Part shown: positions 8,877 through 18,868 of the stretch, one piece after another
Layout: each line of letters begins with the position of its first letter
Position numbering within the stretch: the first letter of the stretch is position 1
DNA from: an uncultured Chloroflexia bacterium
GTDB lineage: Bacteria > Chloroflexota > Limnocylindria > Limnocylindrales > CSP1-4
Assembly (NCBI GenBank): GCA_963752475.1
Contig: CAVVYR010000018.1
Location: forward strand, 1 to 23,309
Direction: 5' to 3'
DNA: 23,309 nucleotides
Notes under the pieces: model-generated
Database searches by the model: none
What the model was told of the DNA's origin: nothing
Seen by the model: only the letters and a program-made list of their open reading frames with translations
Translations under genes and position numbers: made by a program

Positions 8877-9091
8877 CGTTCCCCCGTGGTTCAAGTCGCC
8901 TACCTGCTTCTTCGCTCAGAGCCTACGCGGGCTGCAGAGGTTGGGCGTAACCCGATGGTCCCGTCGATAGCGTGTCACTGCACCCCGACGCTCTCGAGTC
9001 GACAGCACCACACCGCAGCGGAGCGATGCTCCGCCTCCGATCCGTCAAGCCCACCCATGTCTCGGCCAAGGGGCGGCCCGCCCGTTCGCGG

Positions 9092-10087
9092 TCACTCGAC
9101 CCGGTGGGCCTCGAGGTGCACGACCCGCTCCTCGCGCGTGAGCGCAGAGCCCACGATGCGCTCGGTCTCGAACCGCAGGTCCGAGCCCTCGCCGACGGCA
9201 GGTGAGTGCAGCGCGCCATCTTGCGCGGTGATGACGCGGTCCAGGAACCGCATCAGCGCATGGCGGTCCGGATAGCGGTGCCCTGGCTTGGGCAGCATGT
9301 CGGCCGCGACCAGGCGCCGATGATCCAGGTGGCCCCGGACAGCACCCTCGACGAGCCGGCGCCAGAGCTTGCGGGCGGTGGCCGGACGGTCGTAGAGCTC
9401 GAGGGTCACGAGCCGACCGCCGATGGCGATGGCGGCACCCGTGGCACCCTCGGGGCACGGGAACGCGCGCTCGAAGGCCTCGACGTCCGAGGCCTCTCGG
9501 GCATACAGGTCGTGCAGCGCCCCGGTCCGCGAGGTGGTCTGCGCCCGTCGGTGCTTGAGCTCGACCTCATCCCAGACGGCGGCCTGGTCTGCGGCGTAGC
9601 GGGCCGAGGCCGGGGCCGGACTGGCACCGACCTCCGCCATGGCTCGGGCCTGCTGGTGGACCTGGCGGCTGACCATCTGGCGCATGGCCACGTCCGCCCT
9701 GGGACCGGCCAAGAAGCGCGCCTCGGCACCGGGGTCCCAGCGCCCGTGCTCCAGGCAGGTCACGGGGATCTGGGTGCGCGAGCGCTCGGTGAGCCAGATG
9801 GTCACGTTGACGATGCGGTTCTGCTTGCCGCCGACGATGGTGTCACCACCGAAGACGACGACGGGGTCAGCGCGAGTCTCGACCTCGACCGCGGGCACGC
9901 TGCCGCCGCCGAGCTCGTGGACGTCGAGCGCGTCCTTCTGGGCTGCCTCTTCGAGCGTGAGGTAGGCGGGACAGTCCTGGGTGGCACTGTCGAGCGCGAT
10001 GACGACGAGGCCGTCGCGCTCCATCGTGACGATGGGGCTGACGGAGTCGATGAAGCGGGCGATGGGGTCGGTGGAAGGTGTCGTCAT
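9092..10087 (-). CDS. ARPP-1 (DUF6569)-like protein, a family associated with ADP-ribosylglycohydrolases
   Basis: YLTLEEA..V.E..GSVP..GDTIVGGKQNRIVN..IPVTCLEHGRW..QAAVWDEV..GAAIAIGG..ELY..LW..LV matches my recollection of the family signature. Confidence 0.8.
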   Translation of the reverse strand: MTTPSTDPIARFIDSVSPIVTMERDGLVVIALDSATQDCPAYLTLEEAAQKDALDVHELGGGSVPAVEVETRADPVVVFGGDTIVGGKQNRIVNVTIWLTERSRTQIPVTCLEHGRWDPGAEARFLAGPRADVAMRQMVSRQVHQQARAMAEVGASPAPASARYAADQAAVWDEVELKHRRAQTTSRTGALHDLYAREASDVEAFERAFPCPEGATGAAIAIGGRLVTLELYDRPATARKLWRRLVEGAVRGHLDHRRLVAADMLPKPGHRYPDRHALMRFLDRVITAQDGALHSPAVGEGSDLRFETERIVGSALTREERVVHLEAHRVE

Positions 10088-10093
10088 GCCGCC

Positions 10094-10129
10094 ACGTTTT
10101 CGCGGTTTCGTGCCAGCTCACGTGGCACG
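10094..10129 (-). promoter_or_regulatory. Shared-motif promoter, copy 1 (leaderless, ARPP-1 gene)
   Basis: Minus strand reads CGTGCCA-cgtgagc-TGGCAC-N10-AAACGT-N6-ATG(10087). The 7-bp arms CGTGCCA/TGGCACG form a perfect inverted repeat. Confidence 0.6.
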
Positions 10130-10418
10130 GATCGCGACTCGGTGGTGCGTTGGCGCACCGCCAGAGGGCTCGCGGGCTGCTTTGAGCCGCCCGTCTTGGA
10201 TGCGGCCAAGATGTGGTCCGTCGCGGCGAGGGAGCCGAGGGCCGCTGCAGCCCGGTAGGCGTCAAAGGCGAAGGGTTGGTGAACTCATGCCCCTAGAGCG
10301 ACAGGCCGAGGGACTGGGCGCCGAACCTGCCCCAGCCGTTGTCCGCTCGGTCGTCAGCTCGGGCAAGCGAGACTCGGCTCTTCGCGCGGCGGGTTCCTCC
10401 CCAGCGGGAGCACCGTGG

Positions 10419-13400
10419 TCACCGATCCTCGACAGTCTTCGGGTCATCGGCCGGCGCGTAGCGGATCTTCCATCCATCCGCGGTCTTGGGCAGCAGGCCA
10501 TCGGCATAAAGACGGACCGGGTCTGGCAGGAGCTCCATCCCCTGAGGCGGCTCGTCATCGGGACCACGCCGCACGATGAGGAAGGCATAGTCATCGGGCA
10601 GGTCGCCGGCGCGCTCCCACTCCCACGTGCTCACGAGGAAGTGGCGGTCCGCCGAACTCTTGACCTCCAGCAGCATCGCTCGTTCGTCGGCGCCCGGGTA
10701 GGGCGATACCCAGCCGAGCAGGTCGAACCCGAACCCGTCGCTCACCTCGGCCACGTGGATGAAGCTGGCCAGTGCGTCGAGACGATCGTCCTCATCCGCT
10801 CCCTCGACAAGCGCCTCATCCGCATGGCGCAGGAGCCCTTCGACGATCTCGCCATCCGATACAGACTCCAACAGGTCGCGCATCGACGTGACCGCTTGGA
10901 TGTACGCCTCGCGCTCCATCGACAGGAGGCGCGCCAAGACGGAGGCTCGCACCCAGTGTTCGGCGTCCATGCCGAGCTTGTCGAGCAGACGCTGGTCGTG
11001 TCGCTGCTTGGGACCAACCTTGGGCCGCTTGGGTCGCTTGCGCCTCACTGACTCAGGCCTGTCCGGCGGCGGCTTGATCCCGTCGAGCGGAATAGGAGCG
11101 ACTCCGGAGACTCGGATCCGGTCGACCTGCTTGCGGATCGCGTCCGTGCGCCGCCGTGAGCCTCGTTGCAGCACTGCGCGAACCCGATCGAGATGCTCCG
11201 GGGTCGGCAGGGCCTCACGAGCGATCTCGGTGATAGCTCCGGCATCTGGCCCGGTCAACGGCGGCCACGACTCCATGAGCGACACGAGCTCCTCGGCAAG
11301 CACTGGCTGGCCGGGGAGGACCTCCGGCAAGGCCGCGGTGACCTCAGCCGGGCGCTCGACGATGGATGGAAGCTGCGACTCGACCGAGTTTCGTTCGGCA
11401 CGGATGCGGTGGGCCGGCACCCCGGGGATCGAGCGGGCAGCCACGATCACTGGCACTAGCGCCCGTCGCCAGGCAAGGGCGTGCTCACGCAGCACGCGCT
11501 TGCGCTCCTCTCGCGAGAAGTGAGTTGTCCAGGTCTGCTCCAGCCCAGAGATGGTCGTGCCGGTGAGCCCGGCCAGATACTGGTCGGCCGCAGTGTCCGC
11601 GAGCCCATTCGGATCGGCCTCGATGCCGATCGAGTGGAGCAGCGCCAGTACCGGCTCCAGGTACTCACTGGCACCTGGCCTGACTCGCAGGTCGAAGGCA
11701 GCTGGTGCGCGGAGCTCGCTCACGGAGTTCCGGGCGCTCTCGGCATCCATACCCGCATCGAGGCAGACGGCAACCAGGAGCCGTCGGTGCAGCTGGAGCC
11801 AGGCCCCGAGCTGTCGCGCGGCCACATCGACGACGAGACCGTCATCGCCCAGCTCGCGGAGTCGCGAGTCGAGCTCACGCAGGTCGACGTCGTGTCCCTC
11901 GAGTCGAGCGAGGACCCCACCAGGATCAGTGTCGCGTCGAACGTCATCGACGCCCCCCGCGGCCAGGAGGGCCTCACCCAGCGAGCCCTCTCCGAGCAGC
12001 CCGGCAGCGTCCAACGCCGCTCGCACCGGTCCATCGATGTCGGGTGGCGTCATAGGCCCGGACAGCTTCGCGCCAAGCAGCGGAAGCAGTGCCCGCCACC
12101 ACCGGATCTCCGCCTGCTGGGTCTCCGCGCCCCCTCGATCGATGCGCTCGGCGACACGCTCGACGTCGGCTTCGGTGACACCGTACTCATCGAGCAGCTC
12201 CAGCCGACGCGCATCGGTCGGTTGCTGGAGCAGCAAGCGGAACATGGGCGAGTAGACGTGACCCTCGAGGAGCTCCGCGAGGTGCGTCGGGACCAGGGCG
12301 CGGAGCCGGTCGTCGATGTCGGTGGCGAGGTCGTGGTAGAGAACAGGCTTGGCGGTCCTGGCGCCCTCGAGATAGAGGTCCGCGTCACGGTCCGCTCCGA
12401 CGACGACAGACACGTCGGAGCCCTCGACGCTCACGTCGAGCACGAGGTTGCCGAGCTGGACCACGCGTAGCGCTTCGAGCCGCGTCGCACGGTCACGGAA
12501 CGCGTTGCTACCGAGTTCCAGCGGGGCACCGCCCAATGGGTGGTAGACCTGCAGGGCAAGGAACTCAGCCGCACGCTCATGGAGGAAGGCACGCGTCTGG
12601 TCGGTCATGTCCTCACCGGGCTCATCGCCCTGCCGGTGGACCTGCAGCCGCAAGCGTCGGATACCGAGGTCCGATGCGACCTTGCCCTTGTCCTGGGGCA
12701 GGATGCTGAATGGGATGCGACCCACGAAGTGGCGGCGCAGTATGCCCGCCTCCCCGTCGTCGTGGTAGACCTCGTCGGGCTCGTAGTAGCCGAGTCGTGT
12801 GCCCTTGACCGCCAGAACCCCGACTTCTGTCGCGATCGCTTCTGCCCGTGACGGATCCGTCTTAGATAGCTGCTCGTAGAGCCGCCAGTGCAGGCTCGTG
12901 ATGGACTGGCCGGCGTAGCTGCTCTGACGGCGCTCGGGCTCGATCTCATCGGCATCGAACCGCTCGCGGAGATCCATAAGCAGGTCTCGGATTCGTTCGG
13001 GCTCGGCGTTGTCGATGCGCCGGACGCCGATGAACTCCCCCAGCCCGGCGTCGAAGTCCGTTGCGACGAGCGGCAGGAAGCCCTGCCAGCTCCTGACCAT
13101 GCGACCGGGCTCGGGCCGGTCGTGCTCATCCCAGGCGCGGTCGGGCCGGACCGGCGACGCGGGACCACCGCCAAGGCTGACCGGGACCCACGCTGTCGTT
13201 CGCAGCTGCCGTACGAGGTAGCTCTCGTGCAAGGGCTCGTCGGGAGTGAAGTAGCGCGTAGTGTGCCGCTTGCACCGCGGGCAGTAGAGGACGGTTCGCC
13301 GACATGCACGGATCAACTCCACCGCCCGTCCGAGCGCACGGACCGTCGCGTCATCCGCCCCGATGGGCCAAGCCAGTCGGTAGTCTTCAGCGACGTGCAA

Positions 13401-16079
13401 CGCGCGGTGCCCGTACCGCTCGAAGTCGGCGTCTAATCCGGCGAGTGCGACCTGATGTTCGGAGCGACCCGGCAGGTCAGCCCACGGATCGCGATCAGAC
13501 TCGCTCCTGTCGCGATAATCGACGACCGCCTCGACGGGGAGAGCCTCCCAGACGCCGAGCCGCAGCAGGAACGCGAACATCAGGCGGATGTGACGCTCGC
13601 GCGCATCCTCAGGCAGCACGGGCGCGTTCTCGCCGCCGATCCAGAACACGTCGGCCTCGTCGTACAGCAGGGACCCCAGAAGTGTCTGAGGCGAGGCCAG
13701 CAACGCGCGGTCGTCCGGCGCCAGCGCCTCGAGATCGCGATGGGCCACGGCTCGTGCTTCGGTGGCACCAACGATGGCGCCGGAGCCACCTTCGATCCAA
13801 TCGGCCCAGTCCTCCCCGAACGCGACCGTGTTGGCCGGCCGCCACTCCCTAGAGCGCGTGGGCACGCGGACCGACCCGAGCGCACGGAGGCGCCGCCGTT
13901 CGGCATCGACGTCACCGGTAGCGTTTGCTGGGCGAGCCCAGAACCACTCCTCGGGCGCGATCGTCACGCTCCGGCGCACCGCAGCGGCGACCGAGTAGCT
14001 GGAGAGGCTCTCTCGCAGCAGCAGCCGCCAGATGAACGCAAGCACCGCCTGCGGATCGTCGATCCCCGGCCGAGTCGCCAGCGCATCGAGGACGCTGGCC
14101 GTGTTGAACTGCTGGATGCCAAGTCGTGTGCCGATCGAACCGAGCAGGTCGGCATCGAGCAACCCGTCGGTGATGAAGTCGATGCCGAGCGATGCCGGCG
14201 GAGCCAGCGGGGCAGTGGAGCCCTGCAGGCGGGCGAGCACCGAGTCGCGCGCGGGCGTCGGAGCGCCACCCTCCCTCCGACTCGACGGTGCTCGCACCGT
14301 TCGTGCCACGGGGTTATGAGGTTCGATCACAGCGATGAAGCGGGCGGCACTATCCCCACGCGTGTCCTCGATAGCATCCTCGGCGACCGGGTCGAGCGCC
14401 GCGAGCTCGTCGAGTACGTGGAGCAGCGTCAGGAACCCGCGGTCGTGATCCTCATCCCAGATGGGAACCGCGCCGGGCCGCAGGAGCGTGGCCAACAGGT
14501 CACCGTCGAGGCCCTCCGCATCCTGCACCCTGGCTACGGCAGCCCGTTCTGCGAGGAACGTGAGACCGTCCCGAGATATCGTCGGATGCGGGTATCGCAA
14601 GCCGGTTCGGGCGTGCACATACGGAGCCGGCAGAGCGACCGGAAGCATGGCTGCGGCTTGACCTCGTGGCTCGGCCAGAACCTCTGCCGCGGTGACACGG
14701 GCAGGTAGCGAGCCAAGCGCCCCCGCCGCGACCCATGCTTCCCAGTCCAGCTCGACAAGGAACCGATCGCGGAACTCGCGGGCAAGGTCGTCCTCGGGAT
14801 CATCGGCGACCTCTGCGAAGAGGCCAGGCAGTGGCGCCAAGTCGACCGAGCCGGCATCTGCTTGAGCCGACAGGTCACGGAAGGCATCGATGGCCAGGCC
14901 ACCAAGGGCATCCAGAAGCAGCCGGTTCCGGGCCGCGCTGTCGGCAGCAAAGCCCTTGCGGCCGGCGTCGACCTCGAAGTACGCATGTGGCACGAACGGC
15001 AGGTGCGTGGGAATCAGCGTCGGGAAGAAGAGATGGAAATGCTCGCCTGAGGACGTCGAGGCCTCACGTACGGGCGAGCGCGGGATGGCTAGGCCGTCGA
15101 GCCGGTCCATGGGAAGGGCTACTGCCAGCTCGCCCTCAAGGCCAGGCAACTCATCGACGCTGCGCTCGTAGAGCCACCACGAGGATGCCGTGACGCCGTT
15201 GCGCAGGATGTCTACCGCGGTGAAAGCGCCACCACTCGCCAGCTCTCGTCGCTCGCGCACGACACGGTCGATCCGCACGGTCCGCTCGGGGGCAGCCTCG
15301 TCCTCGAGCAGCGCTGTGCCGAAGCAGGCAAGGAACAGCACGATCTCATCGGTCAGCTCATCCATCGCCTTTCTTGCCCGCGAGACGAACTCGGCCCGAT
15401 CCAACCCGAGGCGCTGGTCGAAGCGATCGGCGTAGGGCAGCCGAACCAACGTGTCGAACGCCCGGCCGTCGACTCCTGCGGCTCTCGATGCGGCTGTTGG
15501 GAGGGCGTCGACCCAGAGGGGGAAGCGGAGCGTCGGGATGCGATCGCCTCTGCCGTCCTCCTTGCCCGCGCTGACGAGCTCCGAGACCAGTTCCTTCCAC
15601 GCTGGTGAGCGATCAAGGACCAGGCGACGGGCCTCATCGGGATCGAACCGGACGCGCAGGTCGAACTCGCCGCCACGCTCGCTGCGCGAGTAGATCTCGG
15701 GCGTTAGCGACACCTCCAGCACCGACTTGAAGCCGATGCCCTTGTGGCCGATGCCCGCACCGTAGGACTTGGACGACTCGCCGAACTTGCCGATCGATTG
15801 GAGCACGATCTCCGGCGTGATGGGCACGCCCTCGTTGCAGACGAGGAGCGCCGGCTCGTCGGTCAACCGAACCCTGACGATGCCATCCTCGCCGTCTCGC
15901 TCTGCTGCGAGCCAGGCGTCACGGGCATTCTGCAACAGCTCGATCAGGAAACGACCCCAGTACTCCCTCGTGAGGGTCTGCTCCATGTTGCCGAATGAGC
16001 GGGTGTCGCTGACCTCATCGGTCGTCCGATGGGAGGCACGCACTTCGACCGCGTTTCGGATGGCCTCGCGAGGAGTCAC
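10419..16079 (-). CDS. 1886-aa sacsin-like GHKL (HATPase) protein with C-terminal DUF3883/NOV-C-like PD-(D/E)XK nuclease
   Basis: FLIELLQNARDA, CNEGVPIT, IGHKGIGFKSV, TLVRLP and FFPT..LPF..HAYF (sacsin N-terminal); repeated VPT..WRP-type motifs; internal CPRCKRH; C-terminal GMDAE..SDGFGFDL..LEVKSS..STWEWERA. Confidence 0.85.
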   Translation of the reverse strand: MTPREAIRNAVEVRASHRTTDEVSDTRSFGNMEQTLTREYWGRFLIELLQNARDAWLAAERDGEDGIVRVRLTDEPALLVCNEGVPITPEIVLQSIGKFGESSKSYGAGIGHKGIGFKSVLEVSLTPEIYSRSERGGEFDLRVRFDPDEARRLVLDRSPAWKELVSELVSAGKEDGRGDRIPTLRFPLWVDALPTAASRAAGVDGRAFDTLVRLPYADRFDQRLGLDRAEFVSRARKAMDELTDEIVLFLACFGTALLEDEAAPERTVRIDRVVRERRELASGGAFTAVDILRNGVTASSWWLYERSVDELPGLEGELAVALPMDRLDGLAIPRSPVREASTSSGEHFHLFFPTLIPTHLPFVPHAYFEVDAGRKGFAADSAARNRLLLDALGGLAIDAFRDLSAQADAGSVDLAPLPGLFAEVADDPEDDLAREFRDRFLVELDWEAWVAAGALGSLPARVTAAEVLAEPRGQAAAMLPVALPAPYVHARTGLRYPHPTISRDGLTFLAERAAVARVQDAEGLDGDLLATLLRPGAVPIWDEDHDRGFLTLLHVLDELAALDPVAEDAIEDTRGDSAARFIAVIEPHNPVARTVRAPSSRREGGAPTPARDSVLARLQGSTAPLAPPASLGIDFITDGLLDADLLGSIGTRLGIQQFNTASVLDALATRPGIDDPQAVLAFIWRLLLRESLSSYSVAAAVRRSVTIAPEEWFWARPANATGDVDAERRRLRALGSVRVPTRSREWRPANTVAFGEDWADWIEGGSGAIVGATEARAVAHRDLEALAPDDRALLASPQTLLGSLLYDEADVFWIGGENAPVLPEDARERHIRLMFAFLLRLGVWEALPVEAVVDYRDRSESDRDPWADLPGRSEHQVALAGLDADFERYGHRALHVAEDYRLAWPIGADDATVRALGRAVELIRACRRTVLYCPRCKRHTTRYFTPDEPLHESYLVRQLRTTAWVPVSLGGGPASPVRPDRAWDEHDRPEPGRMVRSWQGFLPLVATDFDAGLGEFIGVRRIDNAEPERIRDLLMDLRERFDADEIEPERRQSSYAGQSITSLHWRLYEQLSKTDPSRAEAIATEVGVLAVKGTRLGYYEPDEVYHDDGEAGILRRHFVGRIPFSILPQDKGKVASDLGIRRLRLQVHRQGDEPGEDMTDQTRAFLHERAAEFLALQVYHPLGGAPLELGSNAFRDRATRLEALRVVQLGNLVLDVSVEGSDVSVVVGADRDADLYLEGARTAKPVLYHDLATDIDDRLRALVPTHLAELLEGHVYSPMFRLLLQQPTDARRLELLDEYGVTEADVERVAERIDRGGAETQQAEIRWWRALLPLLGAKLSGPMTPPDIDGPVRAALDAAGLLGEGSLGEALLAAGGVDDVRRDTDPGGVLARLEGHDVDLRELDSRLRELGDDGLVVDVAARQLGAWLQLHRRLLVAVCLDAGMDAESARNSVSELRAPAAFDLRVRPGASEYLEPVLALLHSIGIEADPNGLADTAADQYLAGLTGTTISGLEQTWTTHFSREERKRVLREHALAWRRALVPVIVAARSIPGVPAHRIRAERNSVESQLPSIVERPAEVTAALPEVLPGQPVLAEELVSLMESWPPLTGPDAGAITEIAREALPTPEHLDRVRAVLQRGSRRRTDAIRKQVDRIRVSGVAPIPLDGIKPPPDRPESVRRKRPKRPKVGPKQRHDQRLLDKLGMDAEHWVRASVLARLLSMEREAYIQAVTSMRDLLESVSDGEIVEGLLRHADEALVEGADEDDRLDALASFIHVAEVSDGFGFDLLGWVSPYPGADERAMLLEVKSSADRHFLVSTWEWERAGDLPDDYAFLIVRRGPDDEPPQGMELLPDPVRLYADGLLPKTADGWKIRYAPADDPKTVEDR

Positions 16080-16083
16080 CGCG

Positions 16084-17040
16084 CTACAGTTCCCGCACGC
16101 GGGGACGGAAGACGCGGTTGAACTCGATCATCCTGTCGACGGCCCACGTGAGGAGCGCGGGGTCTGAGGCAGGAGAGTTCGGGTCGACCAAGTCGCGGTC
16201 CAGGTAGACGCGCACCGCACGGCGACCTTCGATCGGGTCCCATCGGAGCGCGCTGCCGATGTCCGCTTCGATCGCCTCGCGGTCGGCCTGGAGTTTCGCA
16301 AAGGCATCGGTATTCGCGTCGTGGTCGCCGAAGTCGATGTATAGCTCCGTCCGGAAGCGGCCGTCGCCGGCAAAGACCCAGGCGAAGTACGGTCCGGTGC
16401 GACCCGATGGGACCGTGAACCAGTTCTCGTAACCGACGCGTGTCGCGTTGGTGAGCCCGGGCTGCTTGGCCTTGAGTGCCCCCAACGCCTTCTCGAAGAA
16501 GGCGTGCCGACCCTGGGCGAGCTCGCTGGGCTCCGCCTTGGCGCTCTTCTGGCGTACTTCCTTGCTCCAGTCGTTTGGGACCGCAGCCGGCTTGAGGTTC
16601 ACGGCCGGCAACGAGTCACCAATTCGGATGACCTCCAGCTCAAGCCCGAAGAAGCCGACCGACCGATCCGTGTGTTCGTTGAACCAGTCGAGCGCCTGTC
16701 GATGCTCGTCGCGGAAGTGCGGACTGATCCAGACGATCGTCGCCGCGTCGAGGCCGCCAGCGTAGGTCAGCACTTGGCCAAGGTGTGTGTGGTTGGTCTC
16801 CTCCAACTGGTTCTCGACGATCAGGCGGCGTCCATTGGACACGTCCTCGCCAACCAGATCGACGTTGTAGCCACCGACCGGCACCTCCGCCTCGTAGATC
16901 TCAACATCGATGCCGAGGGCCTGCTCCAGCACCTCCTTGTTCGACCGGAGCCAGGGCGTGAAGTCGTGCGCTTCGTGCTCCCAGACATCTCTCGGCTCTA
17001 CGTGTGTCAAGCGCCCAAGAGCAGGCTGCTTCACGACCAT
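16084..17040 (-). CDS. EndoNucS-like PD-(D/E)XK nuclease + DUF4268 domain protein
   Basis: PRDVWEHEAHDFTPWL, EVPVGGYNVDLV, IVENQL, HLGQVLTYAGG; C-terminal ENWF..RTELYID..LRWD..RVY (DUF4268-like). The AGGGGG RBS favours ATG 17040 over 17046. The stop is 4 nt from the next gene's GTG, implying an operon. Confidence 0.88.
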   Translation of the reverse strand: MVVKQPALGRLTHVEPRDVWEHEAHDFTPWLRSNKEVLEQALGIDVEIYEAEVPVGGYNVDLVGEDVSNGRRLIVENQLEETNHTHLGQVLTYAGGLDAATIVWISPHFRDEHRQALDWFNEHTDRSVGFFGLELEVIRIGDSLPAVNLKPAAVPNDWSKEVRQKSAKAEPSELAQGRHAFFEKALGALKAKQPGLTNATRVGYENWFTVPSGRTGPYFAWVFAGDGRFRTELYIDFGDHDANTDAFAKLQADREAIEADIGSALRWDPIEGRRAVRVYLDRDLVDPNSPASDPALLTWAVDRMIEFNRVFRPRVREL

Positions 17041-17069
17041 GGGCATCCCCCTTCACTTGGCAGATGACT

Positions 17070-17104
17070 AACGTAGCGCTCCGGCGCGCCAGCTTGGGTG
17101 GCAC
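17070..17104 (-). promoter_or_regulatory. Shared-motif promoter, copy 2 (DUF4268-sacsin operon)
   Basis: Minus strand reads GTGCCA-cccaagc-TGGCGC-N10-TACGTT. 14 of 17 nt are identical to copy 1 (+ strand GCCAGCT-NNN-GTGGCAC). Confidence 0.6.
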
Positions 17105-17244
17105 TTTGGTCTCAGGTGCGACCGCGACCGACGTGACATCCCGGGTAGCACCAGTCGACGGAGATCGCGGGCAGGAGCGCGGATATGAAGCGTGGCGCAG
17201 TGACCGACGAGTGCGGTCCGGCCTGGCCTACGCGCGGCGCATGA

Positions 17245-18838
17245 CTAGGTCGACGGCAAGTCGGATCGCGAGGCAGGCCCTTCCTCGTCCAGCGGCGAGG
17301 AAGGCACCTCCGATCCCGGAAGGGTCATGTTGCTGCGAACCAACTGTGCGAGCTGGGCGGCGTCGTCCTGATGGGTCTCCTCGCCGGCCCAATCCTCGAA
17401 GATCAAGCTTAGGTCCCGCTCGGGGGTAGTGATCTCGAGCCGCCCGGTGCTCTGCCCCTCGTCTACGGCTGACCTGTAGCGGACGTAGCGGATGTCGGAG
17501 ACGGGGACAGCGTCCCCGACCTCACCCCGACCTTCGAGCGCACTCTTGTCCGCGACCAGTAGGCGCTGGTTGGTGACGGCCACGTAAGACCCACCGCGAG
17601 CCGGCCAGCCCTGGCCCTTGACCGAGCCGAGGGCGAGCAGTTCCTCATCCGAGCGCAGGTGCCAACGCAGCACACGGGGCAGCAGGTCGGGGACGTCGTC
17701 CTGGAAGACCGCGATCGGGGCCGTTGGGACCAGTGGGTCACTCAGCCCGAACGCGTCTTGCAACACGTTCAGCTGATCCAGCAGCGTTCGGCTGGCCTGC
17801 GCCACGTCCTTGGCGGCGCGCTTGTCCTTGCCGAATGGGAGGGTCGGCTTCCCGGGAAGCTCGGCCATCAGCGAGAGCTGCCAGTGCAGCGCCCTCAGAA
17901 GCTCGTCGGTCGCCTCCAGGTCTTGGTCGTGGACGGCTCCGGGCGTCGGCCACCACCTTCTTCAACAGCTTCCCCGCCAGTTTGCCCGCGGTGGTGTCGG
18001 GGTCCGATCGGTGGTACAGATGGCCGGCTCGGATGGCTTGGTAGGTGAACCAGGCCGCCTGTGCCTGCATCAGTGCTTGCGCGTCTCGCAGGATCGCGTC
18101 GCCATGGTGGCGGATGTACTCCCACCGTTCCCGGTGCCCGTCCATGCCCTGCAGGGAGGACAGGTGCGCATCGACCTTCTCGCGGAACTCGTTGCGCAGC
18201 TTGCCTAGGCTCGCCTCCTGTGCGGCGACGTTCTGCCAGATCGGGTCGGTGACCGCGCCGACATGGCGGGCCTCTTCGACCGTTTTCAGCATGGCCTCTT
18301 GCTGGCCGGTGACCTCCGCCCACCGTTCGATCCGCATGGTGCGCAACAGCTCGTCGGTGAGTGCCAGGTTCTCCTGCACCGTGGACGTGATGGCAGCGAG
18401 CTCGAGCTGGATGGTGAGCAGGGCGAGGGCGGGAGCTACCGCGAGCGACTCCTGCGGCTACACCGACTGTGCCTGCCGGCACCCAACGGGCGTGACGCGC
18501 GATCTGGCCGCCGGCACCACGGAACGAACCTATGAACACCCCATCGCTCATCACCAGGCTGGACGACTTCGCCAACGCTTCGCGGGCTCCGGTGTCATCT
18601 TCCACAGACCCTGGAAGGCACCGACCGCGCGGGCGGTCTGCCCGGCGAGGTTGGCCCCGGCCACAGCCGTGCCCAGCGCAGTCCGGATTTCGGTGACAGC
18701 GCGGTCGGGCATCAGCGGTGGGTACACCAGCTCGAGCCCCTCCGGCACGTCGTCACCGAAAAGGCACGCGAGCCCTGGTTCTACCTCGACAAGGACGGCT
18801 GCGAGAGCGTCGTCCTGCGGCTGGGTCTCGTCGGTCAT
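17245..18838 (-). pseudogene. Single ~530-aa gene broken by three frameshifts (pseudogene or sequencing errors): helical protein with a hydrophobic segment and a C-terminal bacterial PH-like domain
   Basis: GGAG RBS and ATG 18838. The protein reads continuously if the frame is corrected near 18587 (MTPE/REALAKS), 18444 (GVA/AVAPALAL) and 17938 (DAR/AVHDQDLE); the net length of 1593 nt is a multiple of 3. C-terminal YVAVTNQRLLV..VPVSDIRYV..LEITT is PH-like. Confidence 0.7.
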
Positions 18839-18868
18839 CAAAGGCTCTCCTTCCCCTGACGGCAAAGA

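Noticed and set aside
10101-10115. TGGCACG as a sigma54 -24 element (also at 21567-21573)
   Set aside because: The required TTGC -12 element 4 nt downstream is absent in both copies (AAAC-CGCG and ACAA-CGTG). The palindromic arrangement and N10 spacing to a -10 box fit better.
10130-10418. Small gene or structured RNA in the gap between the sacsin-like and ARPP-1 genes
   Set aside because: A GGGGAGG run has no suitably placed start codon, the ORFs are low-complexity, and I could not identify a convincing RNA fold.
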